Part shown: positions 1-14,900 of the stretch, one piece after another
Layout: every line of letters begins with the position of its first letter
Numbering within the stretch: position 1 is the stretch's first letter
Source of the DNA: Azolla caroliniana
Taxonomy: Eukaryota > Plantae > Polypodiophyta
Direction of reading: 5' to 3'
DNA length: 64,000 bases
Assembly (NCBI GenBank): GCA_043228905.1
Contig: JBHGNT010000008.1
Coordinates: forward strand, 18,662,001-18,726,000
The notes under the pieces: generated by a model
Database searches by the model: none
What the model saw: only the letters and a program-made list of their open reading frames with translations
What the model was told of the DNA's origin: nothing
Translations under genes and position numbers: made by a program

Positions 1-257
1 AAGTTCCGAATTTACCAAACTATCCCTATGTCCAAAAAATTACACTTTATAAAGTAATTATACACTCAAATCTACAAGCCCTATTTACCAGAGATGGAAG
101 AAATGGACTTGAACTAGCCCTATTTACCAAAGATTTGAGTGTATAATTACTTTATAAAGTGTAATTTTTTGGACATAGGGGTAGTTTGGTAAATTTGGAA
201 CTTCTAGGGGCATTCTGGTAAATAGACGAATTTCCAAGGTATCCTTGTACTTTTCCC
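1..257. mobile_element. Foldback Mutator-like MITE, left part outside the window
   Basis: 1-73 is the near-perfect reverse complement of 131-203. The right arm continues to ...GTACTTTTCCC (257), a MULE-like end. Internal direct repeat AGCCCTATTTACCA at ~77 and ~116. No TSD can be tested because the left end is off-window. Confidence 0.65.
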
Positions 258-289
258 TAAATTAAATAAACATTTAAGTTAAATTAATT

Positions 290-524
290 AAATCAATAAA
301 AAACCATTAATTAAACCATTAAATTAATAAACTATTAAGATAAAAAAAAAGTTAACCAAAAACCTATAAACCTTTAAACCAAACCTATAAACCCGAGTTT
401 TAGAACCAAACCGAACAGTTTATCGAAAATCCAAACCAAACCAAACCATTAAATTTTTTTTGAACCAATAAACGATGGCTTAACGGTAATAGTTCGGTTC
501 GAGTCGAAACCATGTCCATTGCTA
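290..524. mobile_element. AACCG/AAACC-rich MITE remnant (right end)
   Basis: Clusters of AAACC/AACCGAAC/GGTTCGGTTC subterminal-type motifs, ending in CCATGTCCATTGCTA (510-524). Confidence 0.45.
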
Positions 525-765
525 ATTATAGCCTACAAACTTCAAACACACGCGAACATTCGCACACAATCATAGTGATTGCACTAGTACATTTCCATGA
601 AAACCCATATCCACTCACGCGATACGTTACATGCATCAGTTACACGTTTTGGCACTTCCAAATTTGAAACACCGTTCCACAAATGTTATACAATGCACCG
701 TATGCCTCAATGTCAACAGTTTAGCCTTGGGATTCTGACATTGTGGTTTTGAGTAATGGACATGG
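525..765 (+). repeat. Block A, copy 1 (direct repeat of ~39620-39856)
   Basis: Hand alignment of 541-760 with 39636-39851 gives about 20 differences in 220 nt. Confidence 0.9.
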
Positions 766-768
766 ACG

Positions 769-1190
769 AACAGACGGAAGAAAGAAAGAAAGAAGAAAGA
801 CGGACGGACGAACTGACTAACTGACGGACGAACTGACGGACGAACTGACTGACGGACGTCACCTCGTGTGCGAGGCACACACACGTGTGTGTGTGTGTGA
901 GGGCTCACATGCAGGGAGCTTCAGGAGCAGGAGCAGGAGCAGGAGCAGAAGCATGCGGACACAGACAGACAAACAGACAGAGACAGACAGACAGACAGAG
1001 AAGGCCGCGCATGCGAAGCAGAAGAAGTTAAGTATGTAGAGTATGTATGTCTTTTGGACATGCTTCTTCTTCTTCTTCTTCTTCTTCTTCTGTCTCTTTC
1101 CCCTCCCTTTTCCATTCCGTTCCCTTTCTGCTGCTATAATCTCACGCCGATCCTTGCCAGGCTGCGTCTCCGATCCATCGTCCTTTGCAG
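769..1190 (+). promoter_or_regulatory. ACT: Actin promoter and non-coding 5'-UTR leader exon (donor CAG|GTAAGT at 1190/1191)
   Basis: GACGTC (~856) and CACGTG (~882) motifs, several SSRs, CT/CTT-rich leader and a strong donor followed by (CT)n. A matching acceptor TTTCAG lies at 3254, 23 nt before the actin ATG, which fits the usual plant actin leader-intron layout. TSS not determined. Confidence 0.75.
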
Positions 1191-2015
1191 GTAAGTACCA
1201 TCCTCTCTCTCTCTCTCTCTCTCTCTCTGTGATTTTGTCGCCGTTTGCGCCACCACTATGCTTTTTCCAAGCTCCCCCTGCCGTTTCTGTTCAACTTTCC
1301 CTTCTTCTGCTGTGATTCGCTCTGCCTCCGAAATCTGATTCCTTAGCATCTGTCTGTATATTCTTCCGCGTAAATGAAAGATGAAAGGAAAGGAAAGGAA
1401 AGGAAAGGAAAGGTAAGGAAAGATGGATCGATCAATCGGAGCTTGTAAGTAATCCAATAGTTTCATGAGCGTCCAATACCTCTCAGACATCTCGGCAGGA
1501 CTCGAGATTACTCCGCGAACTCCCTCTGCTGGTTTCTGCAAGATTTATAGTTTTTTTTTTGTCTCCTCGCTACTTCTTTGGTGTCAAGTTATTTCTTTCT
1601 TTATTCCTTCCAGCATTCAAGCGTTCTATGATCGTGTCTCCAAGATTCATGATTTGTCAGCTTAGTTCTTCAAGGTTGGAGACATCTCAGCTTATGTCTC
1701 GGAGATTTCAAAATTTTCGTTATTTTTTCTATATTCGGGATTTTTTGTGCTTGTTTTCTGCAAGCTTAGGGATTATCTACTCTGTGGTGGCAGATTCAAC
1801 TGATATACGGTATTTAGTAAGCGCAGTTATTCCCAAACAGGAGCATCCAATACGTAATGATCAGTTAATGTCTTTCCGAAATTTTCAATATTTCTTTGCC
1901 TCAGTTGAAAGATTCTAGATTTCCTTCTTCTTTCTATGTAAAGGTCCAAGATATTAGTTTACTTTGTGAGGAAGAAGAAATTAACGTCGAGTATATGACA
2001 GAGAGAAGTATGACA

Positions 2016-2420
2016 TTTCAAACTTATGAACATCAAATACTCTTATTCGTAGTATGAACCATACGTGCATTCGCATTCTCGAATGTTTCAATCATTCGAG
2101 TATTCGAAACACCATCAAAGTATGGTATTTACCATATTTTTGTACTCATTATTTAGTATAAGGTAATTTCAGACTTATGAACATCAAATACTCTTATGCA
2201 TACGTACGTGCATTCGCATTCTCGAATGTTTCAATTATTCGAGTATGGTAAACACCCTCGAAGTATAGTAAATACCATGAACATCAAATACTCTTATGCA
2301 TAGTATGAACCATACGTACGTGCATTCGCATTCTCGAATGTTTCAATCATTCGAGTATGGTAAACACCCTCGAAGTATAGTAAATACCATACTTTTGTAC
2401 TCATTATTTAGTATAAGGTG
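2016..2420 (+). repeat. Degenerate tandem repeat (~110-150 bp unit, ~3 copies) in the actin leader intron
   Basis: ATGAACATCAAATACTCTTAT and CGTGCATTCGCATTCTCGAATGTTTCAAT each recur three times. Confidence 0.8.
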
Positions 2421-3277
2421 ATTTTTTAAAGGTACGAAAGTTAAGGTAAAAAGTGTCAAAAAAAAACATAAGAATGTATTGATAACATACGCATTCGTTT
2501 ACATTCGTCTGGAAAAGAAAGTTTGCCAATGCATTCGAGTATATTACGTACTATGCTCTCATGGATTACTAATCTTTCTTGAAAGGTTTTACGGTTCTCT
2601 GCTAATTTCCGCAAGATTCAAGATATGTTCCATGAATTATTCGAGGACTAAGCCTCAACTGTAGACAAGCATAATGTTCCATGAATTTTTCAAGGACTAA
2701 ACCTCAAGTGTATACAAGCATATATGCTCTAGTTTCGTTAGTGACTCTAATACTAGCTGATCTCTCTGGAGAAACGAGATTGCTATACGTCCTGCAAGAT
2801 TCAAGGTTTCTCAGCTTATTATGCGTTATGTTTTGTTCTGAGGTGTGGATGAATCGTTGATCAAATCTTGGCTGTAGTTCGCTAATCTTTTTAGCTTTCT
2901 TTGATTATTTTGAGAATGAGTCTACAGAATCTTGGCCATTGCCTACTGCAAGGTTCTTGTATTCTCTGTTTATTTTGCTTTGTAATCCTGAAATGTTTTC
3001 CAGTCAAAATTTTGAATTCGAGAATATGTAAACACTTGTTACTGGTCTGGTCATTACTTGCTAATCATTTGCAAAAGTTTGATGTTTCTTTGTATTTTTT
3101 CCACAAGAATCAAGATTCCTCTGCTTAGTTTGCTTCAGAATTTGTTTTGAGAATGAAGACATTGAGTTTAGCTATCTGCAAGACACACGTGCCTCTAGTA
3201 GAGGCATCCCATATATATCGGTTAGTTGCTCATCTGGTGACCATTTGCTTTCAGGTTGTAGTTAACTAGAGTGTAGA

Positions 3278-4896
<1,619 letters not shown>

Positions 4897-5630
4897 GTGG
4901 TAAGTTTCAGGATTTTATACCAGGATCCCTCCGAAATCTACACTCTGGTAAATATCTATCCAATTAAGGCATGCCAAATTATACATGTCTTCGATTTTGG
5001 TAAAAAAGGAACTACGAAGACCTTATATCTATGTATAAGAATGAATGCCTTCCATTCTATACCCTTGTAAGAGTGGTGTTTTTTGTCATATCCTCCCTAG
5101 TTTGCTTGCAGAAAGTTTAATAAGAATGAACGGGTTTCATTCCATACCCTTGCAAGAGTGGTGTCTCATCATATCCTTTAGTTTTCTTATTATACCCTTG
5201 TATCAGATAACATTTCTTTGGTTCCAAGGGCTTTATTATACCCGTTTAAATGGCATCAAGAAAGAAGGAAGCCTTGTGTAGATAGATATATATAGAAACA
5301 CAAGAGTGATAACTGGTATCAAGCACCAAAAAGAATGAAAAGGCTCGTGTAGATATATATAGAAACACAAAAGACTGATAATTCAAGTGTTTGTCTATAT
5401 AATAAATAATTTATAGAGCATTCAAGCTCAATCTAGTGTTCGATTTATATCCTGTTTCCAAGAATTCAGTTTTAATTAGAATGTGGAACTGTCAAGTCTT
5501 TTCTGTAAATACCATTGTGGATCTGTACAAATATATGTTTGTCTGTGATGTTCATTGATTCACCTGCACCCATGGGTTCTATTTTGCTGTGTATACGTGT
5601 CTCAAGCGTCCTCTCAAGTTAAACCCACAA

Positions 5631-6145
5631 TAATCTATTTACTTACCTTGCATGATCATTTTTCCAGTTTTAAAATAAATAATACACGCTTTGTGAACTA
5701 TCACATGTTATTTTAAAATAAATAATACACACTTTCCAGTTTGCGACCCTTCTTGGTATCGGATTGTGATAGAAAAGCCTACCCATTCAAAAGTCCCACC
5801 CGATTCCAAACTTATTGTTTCAGAAGGTTTTTTTATTTTTCCCTCGCTTTGAGAGATAGAGCTGAGGTAGGTTCACTATCCATTTCATTATTCACTGGTT
5901 TCTTAAACTGGTTTTTGAATTTCTCTTTTAATTTCCGTAAATGGTTAATCGTTCTGTAAATTAAAATACGATCCTTAGGGATCGGTGCTAGATGTCCAGT
6001 ATGTATGTGGCTGCTGGCCTGCATAAATTTTTTTTGGATTGGAATCATCACTTTTTCCCAGTAATCTATTTACTTACCTTGCATGATCATTTTTCTAGTT
6101 TTGAAATAGAATAATACATGCTTTGCCAATTATCACATGTTATTG
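5631..6145 (+). repeat. ~85-bp direct repeat pair (5631-5712, 6063-6145) around a ~350-bp insert
   Basis: TAATCTATTTACTTACCTTGCATGATCATTTTT...TATCACATGTTATT occurs twice. Confidence 0.8.
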
Positions 6146-7559
6146 CTCAGAATATTCTAATTTAACTTGCACCAGTCATGAAGCTGTTTGTATGAATTGA
6201 CTATTCTGAAAATCAGAGCAGTAATACGAACAACACTCAAATACATTCTATGCAAACATTGAATGCAACCTTGTTGTAACTAAATTGCCTGCAGCAGATA
6301 TAAATTTATTAAACAAAAGGTTTTCGAGGTGGATTGTCAAAATCAACAAATAGGAAAAATATAATTAAAAAAAAGGAATTATATGAACAAGATAGAAAAT
6401 AGATTAGGCATTGAGATTTTTGTTTGTAGGAAAGCTTGGATGCAATTTAGGAAAGGATTAGGGTCTATTGATGATGTTGTGGAGGAAGAGTTGGATCAGT
6501 ACCCTTGTGGGGGGCAGTTGTTATGTTGGAAAGAAATCTGTTAGAAAGCGCTTGGTTAGAGCTTTGTAACTATATATAACAAGTTTAAATTGTTGGTGTG
6601 TATTGGGAGCAGTGATAGAAATAAAGAATTAGGCATTATCGGCATACACATACTCAACATGCATTGCAGGCCTTCTATTGTCTTCTCTTGTTCATGAAAC
6701 ATTTTCTTTCTCTAGGCTGGATATTGATATGGGAACAATTGATCCAATAAAGAGTAATATCATGGTAGAATGTAATAGTGCAAGGGAAGAATTTGGGAGC
6801 TCTAAGAGACTTATTTAAAAAAATTAGTGAGAAGAAATTGACATATGTTAGGCAATCCATATATAGATGAGGTTGACAAGGATAATCATAATTAACCTAA
6901 TTTATGGGGGATCATGAATATCTTTCCCAATATTGTGAAGGGAAATGAAAATGTAGCAAAAGAATGCATCAATGAGGATCTACATGATGTGAAAGTTGAT
7001 ACTAAGGTAGTGTTGCAATCTTTTGATGTATTTTATGATAGTGCAATTATATTAAATTTTAGAAATTGGTAAATTCACAATTTTTTTGGGGGGATGGAAC
7101 CTGGCTACCATTAAAAAAAAAACTGTGAATTTACCAATTTCCTAATTTTTTATCAAATAACTTTTATACATAATTTGGATTAAAGAATGGTGTTGATGCA
7201 AGACCTCTAGGGTTTTATGATGTAATATTCTATTCCCGTAAACATCAAATACACCAATGAAGGTTAAAAGCTCTAAAATCCTTCACCTTGTAACCTTCAA
7301 GACAATATCCACAAACTTTTACAATATACTTCTTCATGAGACTTTTTACTCCATTCCACATTGTCATCCACATTTCCAAGGTCCTTTCAACAAGCTCAAA
7401 TGTTCAAATTGTGGCAAGATCTATGCTCAAGCTTGAATGTTTTGTAACTTCTTCATCCTCATCATCTGCCATCTATGATATTCTCTTGATGCTAATATTC
7501 TATATTATTGACAATAGCTACTCTCTTTTCTTTTCTGTATCTAGGAAAGCAAATTCATC

Positions 7560-7698
7560 ATCATCACATTCATAAAGAGAGACATCTTCATCACATTCAT
7601 AAAGAGAGACATCTTCATTACATTCATAAAGAGAGACATCTTCATCACATTCATAAAGAGAGACATCTTCATTACATTCATAAAGAGAGACATCTTCA
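7560..7698 (+). repeat. 27-bp minisatellite, ~5 copies
   Basis: Unit CATTCATAAAGAGAGACATCTTCAT(C/T)A. It accounts for the spurious HIHKERHLH and DEDVSLYEC ORFs. Confidence 0.95.
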
Positions 7699-8914
7699 AC
7701 AAGCTTCCAATTAATTGCTTTTAAGGACCAACATTTAACTTTTAGTGAAAATGACCTAATAAATAAATTAACACTAGTAAAAAGTTTAAATAACCAAACC
7801 ATTATAGTCAGTTTGAGTTATTTTGACAAGGCTCAAGCCATGAACTGACTCAATCTAGATATCTAATTAAGTTAAAGAACAAGTGCATGTATTGGAAGAT
7901 AATCTTGGCCATTTCATGTACACGTGAAGGTTGTAAAATGTATTATGAAACCTATGATATTGTATTACTTGCCGTTGTTGCATCAACAAAGAAGGTTTTA
8001 CATTTTGTTTTGCACCCTCTTCAATGTTGGTTATCGAAGAAGACAGATAAGATAAGAATCACATGGGTTGTGTGGAATCATCTAACAACTCCAATGAAGT
8101 TCAAGAATTTCTCTTGTATTCCATTTTAATATTTCTTTGTGAAAATAGTGATTGTGCACCTATGATAGACAAATTGCTGAACCAAAAAATTCTCACGAGC
8201 CGCTTCCATTTTGTTTTGTTCTACATATATTTTCCTATGTTGGCTCACAATATCATAGTTATCCAGTTCAATACAACACATATATGCTCCAAATTTTCAG
8301 AGACAGCAGAAAATTAAAAACCAGCCAACTGAGACGGTTCTGTAAACATAATCAAGTTGGTTGCCCACAAAACCACAAATATTAAGCATATTGCAACACT
8401 AAACATATACATAATAATGTATATGTATACTTATTTATATTCACAAAACTAAGATTTATAGCATTTCACTACAACAGACAAACACACCCCTCTTGGTACA
8501 TTGTTAAAAATCCGTCGAGTTTTCTGCTTTAGATGGAAATACTTGCCTGCTTTAGATGAGGATTGGCACCCTTCCTATCTTGATTAACCAATTAACCGCA
8601 ATGATGATTTCAAATTTTGTTCAGATACTAAACAAGAATATAATAATCATGGCATACAAAAATCAAAACTGAAGCAATGATAGAAACCAACTTTGAGCTG
8701 CCTTATTATGCCAACATTAGTAACCTCAACAATGATTTTCTAAGAAACTCAAATGGCACTGATAGAGAGGAAAATTACATTTTGTGACTAACTTCATTAG
8801 TTGCATGTGTAGATTGAAATTAAACTACAGCAATTAATGATTTTTATACAGGTAATAACAGCTCTGTTTTCAAATTTGTGAAGAAACAGTGGTTACCTTT
8901 CTTAAAGACTATTT

Positions 8915-11900
8915 TTACTCAATAAGTATCTCCTTCAGTGGTGGGTGTGTGAGGCGCCAATTACTTGTGGACCTGTCCTTGACATTCGCATAGAGTACCT
9001 GTCACCAAATCCCTTTGATAAGCCCTCGTAAAAGAAGAGTGATTTTTTCCATGTTAACATGTACGAGTTTCCAATATACCACTTTCTGGTCATCACCACC
9101 ACTGCAGATGTATCTATCATTTGGTGAAATTGCCACCTGGGAAAAAAGGAACACTATTTGGCAATTCTTCCTCAAAAAGAGAAATTGTGCAAATTAAAGT
9201 ATTTAATTACCGTGTTCACACAACGTGTGTGACTTGTCATATGCCTCACACAAGGCTCCCCAAGTGACACATCCCACATAGCAATGCTGATTATCCATTT
9301 AAAAAGTGAAGGCAAAAATGTTAAATCAAATCACTTTCACAGAGTTATTAATGCAATCATTGTGAATATTTCTGGACCTTCCATTTCCACTTGCAGTGAC
9401 CAACGTCGAGTCGTTATTAAACCATCTAGCATCATTGATTCCTTGATCACCTTCATCAACAAACCTGCATGAAAGGCACAAAATATAAGACTAGCAGCTA
9501 GGAAATTTCATTTACAGATAAGTATAGAGATGACTTCAGAATGGACTGACCATTCAAATTCTGACCAACAGTAGCAGTATATTTTATTTTGGACCTCTAA
9601 ATATACTAACTGCTATCACATATAAAGGCGCCTCCAATAATCTGGTGATGCATGTTAAAACGACTAATATATGCAGTCGTGAACTGAATATATATTTGAA
9701 TTGACCATCAGAAATCACTGTCGAAATAGTAGTAACATTCCATCCATTTCAGAGACCTACCTAATTACCTGAAAGAAAATTTACATACTTATACATCATG
9801 CGGGATCTGTGAACCAACTGGCTCTGGACAAGTGCAAAGCATTCAGTAGGTTTATGACCTAATGTGCTTTTCGCATTTTCCCAAACTTTGACTTCTGACC
9901 TTCAGCTTAAAGGTAAGGTATGTGACATACATGTTACAAACATTTTTCCGGGTTTTCATAAGTCACATAAGACTTTCTTATTTTTTTATTCTATAGTTTA
10001 AGCTCCAGATGCCATGAATGCACAGGCTACATCCCTGTCCCATGCATTTATCAAGGACCAAATCCATTATAGCAGGTAGGTGGCATGTCCAACTTCTTTT
10101 TGAGGTTTTCCTCCCACCAAAGATCATGCTGATTTATCTCTGCGGTGTTTGGGAGTCGGAACCATGGTATGATAAGAGTTGCAAGGACTCACTCTGCTTG
10201 CTTGCAGGAAAATTGCAATCTTTTATTACAAACTTGAAAGTGACAGGGAGCAAAACTGGATTCAAATTGCACCAACCATAATGCATATAAACAAGAGCCT
10301 ATCTATCTGCATGTATCAGACAGCATAGAGGATATTCACATATTTCTGAGCTCATTTCGGTGTTTCTGAGACATAAAATCCTCCATGACATGAGAGCATC
10401 ACTTGCTTTTGGTCTATTAAATTTGAGGACTTCTTTTTTGCCTCATATACATGAGGACATAGCTGCATTCATCTCTCAAATCATGAAAAACCTCCCACGA
10501 GATCATGAAAGAAATGTTTGAATGAGGCAAAATAAACATTAGAAAACACAACAAAAATGCACTTAAAATAATTTTTACCCAGGCATTTGACCAGCATTCT
10601 TTGAAGTTGGCATTGGGCTACCATGGCTTAGACAGTGCAAAGCTCTAACCCTGCGTGAGACATAATCAGCCAAAGGAAGCGGTGCATCAACAGGTTTTGG
10701 TCCAGGCTCCATAGTTAGCATCCGTGTATCCCAGATGATGGTCTTATTTGCAGTGCTTGAAGCTTGAAAAAATAATCCACATGAGCTAAAAGATACCGAC
10801 GTGACCTACAGTGATGTCGATAAAATAAAAGCTGATATTTGAAATCTAAGTCAATGATTGTAATGTTATTGCTCTTGTATCCCACTTTGGAGCATTTACC
10901 TCACAATTTGAACCCAAAGGTAACCTTGTAATACCTCCACAGGTCCTGATATCAAAGAGTCCAACAGAACCATCACCAGCACCTAGATGAGATGATGCAA
11001 CCATTAGTTAGAATCCTCAATTAAGTGTAAAAAGGTCAGGAAGTCATTAAGAGACCTGTTGCGATTGTTGTCCCCTCCACATTAGTCTTCAATGAGGTTA
11101 TATACTGTGCAACAGCAAGATTGTTAATTTAAATTTGTTTGGTGCATTCGGATTTCCAAATTATCGTTGACATACAGAATCATTTGCTGGAAAAGATGCA
11201 ACAATCCCAGGAGTTTGGATATCCCAAATCTGCACAATTGCAGGTCCTCCTAACGAGTCACTTCCACAGATAAGTAGATTTTGATTGCAAAATTCCAACG
11301 CATCCATGCATGGTAATCCTAAAGTTTGGTTTCTATAAATCAGGGAAAGAAGTTTCTTAGGTTCTGAATATATTATTCAAATCTAAGAGCAATACTGACT
11401 AAACACAAAATCTTTTACCTCAAATCTCCATTTAAGTCACATGAAAGTTTCCCACTGTTTATGTTCCAAAGTAAAATTTGGTTATCTCCATGGCCACCAC
11501 TTGTTGCCACTAAACCTGCTCAAAAACGAAATGGGCATAGAAGTTCTTCTCACGTGATGCAAATATACATTAAATATCTGGGTGTCCTTGAATTTAACAG
11601 AAAGAACTTACAAGATTGCCACTGATTAACACTCATTGCATTGATTTTCTTCTTGTGACCATATGCATTTTCATCCCACGACCCTGGTCCCAATGTATGT
11701 AAACATGCCCCAGTCATTGAATCCCAAATCTAAATGAAGCAGCACACCGATGAAAGAGATAAAGTTTCAGAACCATTAGCATTTAAATTGGGAGATAGGA
11801 ATTTATTAGTGTTCGTATCAGACTTGAAGCTTTGCATCACATATTACAGGAATTGCTCACTTGCTCAAATCATTACTTATTTTCGAATTCAATAGAATTT

Positions 11901-14900
11901 TAGTAGTAGAGTTTGAGCCCCTGTTTTGTGGTCGAAAGAAATACATAAAAATTATATATATAAAATAAACCATTTACTTGCATGAAAACCATTTATATAT
12001 AGAATTTACCTTGAGAAGATTACTTCCACAAGAAACAATACGCTCTCCATCTGCTGCAAATTCAACTGCCTGGATCTATAGCCCTCAAAACAAGCCATCA
12101 AATCAGGAAACTGAATCAGAATTATCTTGCGTGAGAGAGATTTCTCATCAATATCATCTCTATTTACAACATGCACATTTACTTTCTGTGCCGACTTGAG
12201 AGAAAAACAAATCATGACAAGAAATATAGACCTGGCAATTGTGTCCAATAAGCTCCATCGGTTTTCCAATTAATAGATCGTAAAGCAACAACTCATTAGG
12301 TGCCTGCAATTTCCAAAACAATATGATCAACAATATGGAGGTTTACATTGTTGTCTTCTACACCCACAATCTTGAGTTTTATCTCCATCCAGAACACGTG
12401 TAGCTAGTGGAGTTTGTTGTAATGGGGCTATAAGTAGTAGTGTCTTTTAAAATGAAGTTATGCCAGCTTGGCTCATCTTCTGAAGTTATGCCTCTAAACA
12501 ACCATGAACTTATCGAATCTGGCATACAAGACTACGCATGAGTATAAATTCCTCATAAGAATCTCAGCTAGCGGGTACTGTGGCTCCCTAGCCTGTCTAA
12601 AAAGGTCAGTCTCTACAGCTGTTGGGATCTGTCCTTCAACAAGATCCTACAAAGATTTAGCTCATTAAATGTCACCTATAATATCTGGTCTAAAGTTGAG
12701 CTCCACTCTTAATTAGAATATTGTGTCACCTGATATCCTGATTGAGATTGGTATATGTAAACATTGGTTACAAATCTTGATAAGGATAAGAAAGGAAATC
12801 ACATGAATCAGCATATGTGGATGTAGTGTTCTACATATGGATAATGTGCATGAAAATAGGTTAGCAAGAGATATTACAGCATTTGAGCTGCAAACAAGCC
12901 GAGGTAGATTTTTGGGATGAAACCTCACATCCAGCACCTTCTGTACACCTTGCTACAATCAGAAACAATTTATGAGATACGCAGCATTGCTTCAAATATA
13001 AGCACACAAGATAATCACATCATGTACGCATGCAGACACAATCTTGCACAGCTATAGAGACAAACCACACATTTCTATGAGAATAGAAGTAAATAATGTA
13101 GTGCTTCTATATCATATTCATAACATATTTATAGAAGTAAATGGATGATCTTCTTATACAGGTGCACAGCATTTCATTTCCCATTACTTGATGTAGCAAT
13201 CAGATCAATTATTTACAATTAAAATACAATTGTCATACCTTCTTGAACAGCAGTTTCACAAATAATTTCATAACTGTGTCACTACATGTTCTACAATTAA
13301 GCTGAAAACAAAACAGTAAAAGAACAGAAAGCTTTACTAATGTTTCTATATAACCTATTAAATCCCACAACTGTTACAATCAGAACACCATGTGGTATGT
13401 CACCCATACAAATAAGACAGGCAAATTGAACCCTCTGTCAATTAAAACGAGAATGTAATCATGTGAATAAGGAGCTATCCAAATTAGAATGTCAAACAGC
13501 ATCACTCCAGAACATCCAAAAGTATCAATGTGGGCCATCAACTGAAATCCAGAATGTCTTAAATTAGCTTCTGTAACATGGTGAAGGGTCTTCCTCATCA
13601 AAGAATAAATCCTATTTTTCAAATTCTCTTGAATAGGTCAAGTAATATTTAACCCCAGGAACCCCTAGCCACAAGACAATAGACAGAAAGAAAGATATAT
13701 TAACATCTTTTAAGAGTCCAAAATGGCCAATAAGACCAAACAAGAGATTACATCTTAAAATGTTACCTCATCTTTGAGAACAGCAAACCAAAATAAACGC
13801 AAGTAGAAAAGTAAACTTGTAGCATGAGTAGCTGTGATTGTTTTTTATTGATTAGCTTGTGTGGCTGTGTTGTTGTGCTTCAACAACTTTTCCCTGTGTC
13901 TCTCGAGTTCAAGCAAGAAAAGCCTCACACATAATAGAGAATAATTAGATAAACCACCCAATAATAATCACATCAATTGACGCCATGTGCTGGAGCCAAG
14001 ATATGAGGACAAGGCATTGCAACTATGAGACTGTACATACCATTTCACCCACCATGGTAACCTTGCACTATCCTAGCCTCATGGATTCTCAATTAGCTAT
14101 CTGGCTAGTGGTGGTCATTTCAATCTCCACAGAAATTCTACTTAAAACAATGATCTTCCACATAAATTAGGAGAGACTGCTCTTTTCCCACTCCCATCCA
14201 ATTGTGGAAAAGGTTCTCAAATATCAAATCCACCAGGAGGCCATGGGTATCAAACAATGTTGACAACTGGGATCAAATTGTGGGGTGACACATGACATGA
14301 AGCATGAAGATGGCATATTGTCTCACTTGGGAGGAATACTAATTCCATCCCCCGTGTATCATTCCTGTACTCTACACACATCTACTGGATGAAGACAAGA
14401 ACCAGATTCCAGTATATTTAGCATGCCTTAACTATCGAGGCATATTGTCCCCATCCTACATCATTCATATACCATATACTAACCCCAAAAATGTAATGGA
14501 TAGAGATGTGACCTATAAACTCTTTTACAAGTAGATGGCATAGTGATTGTATAGGATTCTGTATAATAGCAGCAGGATTCTTATACTGGTAATTGTATAT
14601 TGTCATCTAATACTAGTAGTTTGCATAGGATTCTTTTTCCACAGTACTCTACGCATGAAATACATCATAAATCATTTTATTCACAGGGAAATTCAGTCTC
14701 TACAAGATGTTAATCCCTCACCTCTCTGGTTGCAAATGCTTATGATACAATCATAGATTGACATATTCGCATTCGTGGGATTTTCCATTCGAATGCAAAC
14801 GAATACGCATACATTCGTGTGGTCAAGTATTCGTTAAAAAAAAAAAGCAAAAAAAAGGAGGTGAACTCCTTCCTTTTAGTTTCTTAGGAAAAAAAGGGGG

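Noticed and set aside
921-1918. ORFs conserved between 0.9-1.9 kb and 40.1-41.2 kb
   Set aside because: They are shared only because of the duplication. They are SSR-derived, and their frames and stops differ between copies.
5638-5652. TACTTACCT resembling the U1 snRNA 5' end (also at ~6070)
   Set aside because: Nothing downstream resembles U1; there is no stem-loop or Sm-site match.
7508-7802. His-rich or DEDVSLYEC repeat ORFs; CRISPR-like periodicity
   Set aside because: A pure 27-bp tandem minisatellite with no unique spacers and no gene context.
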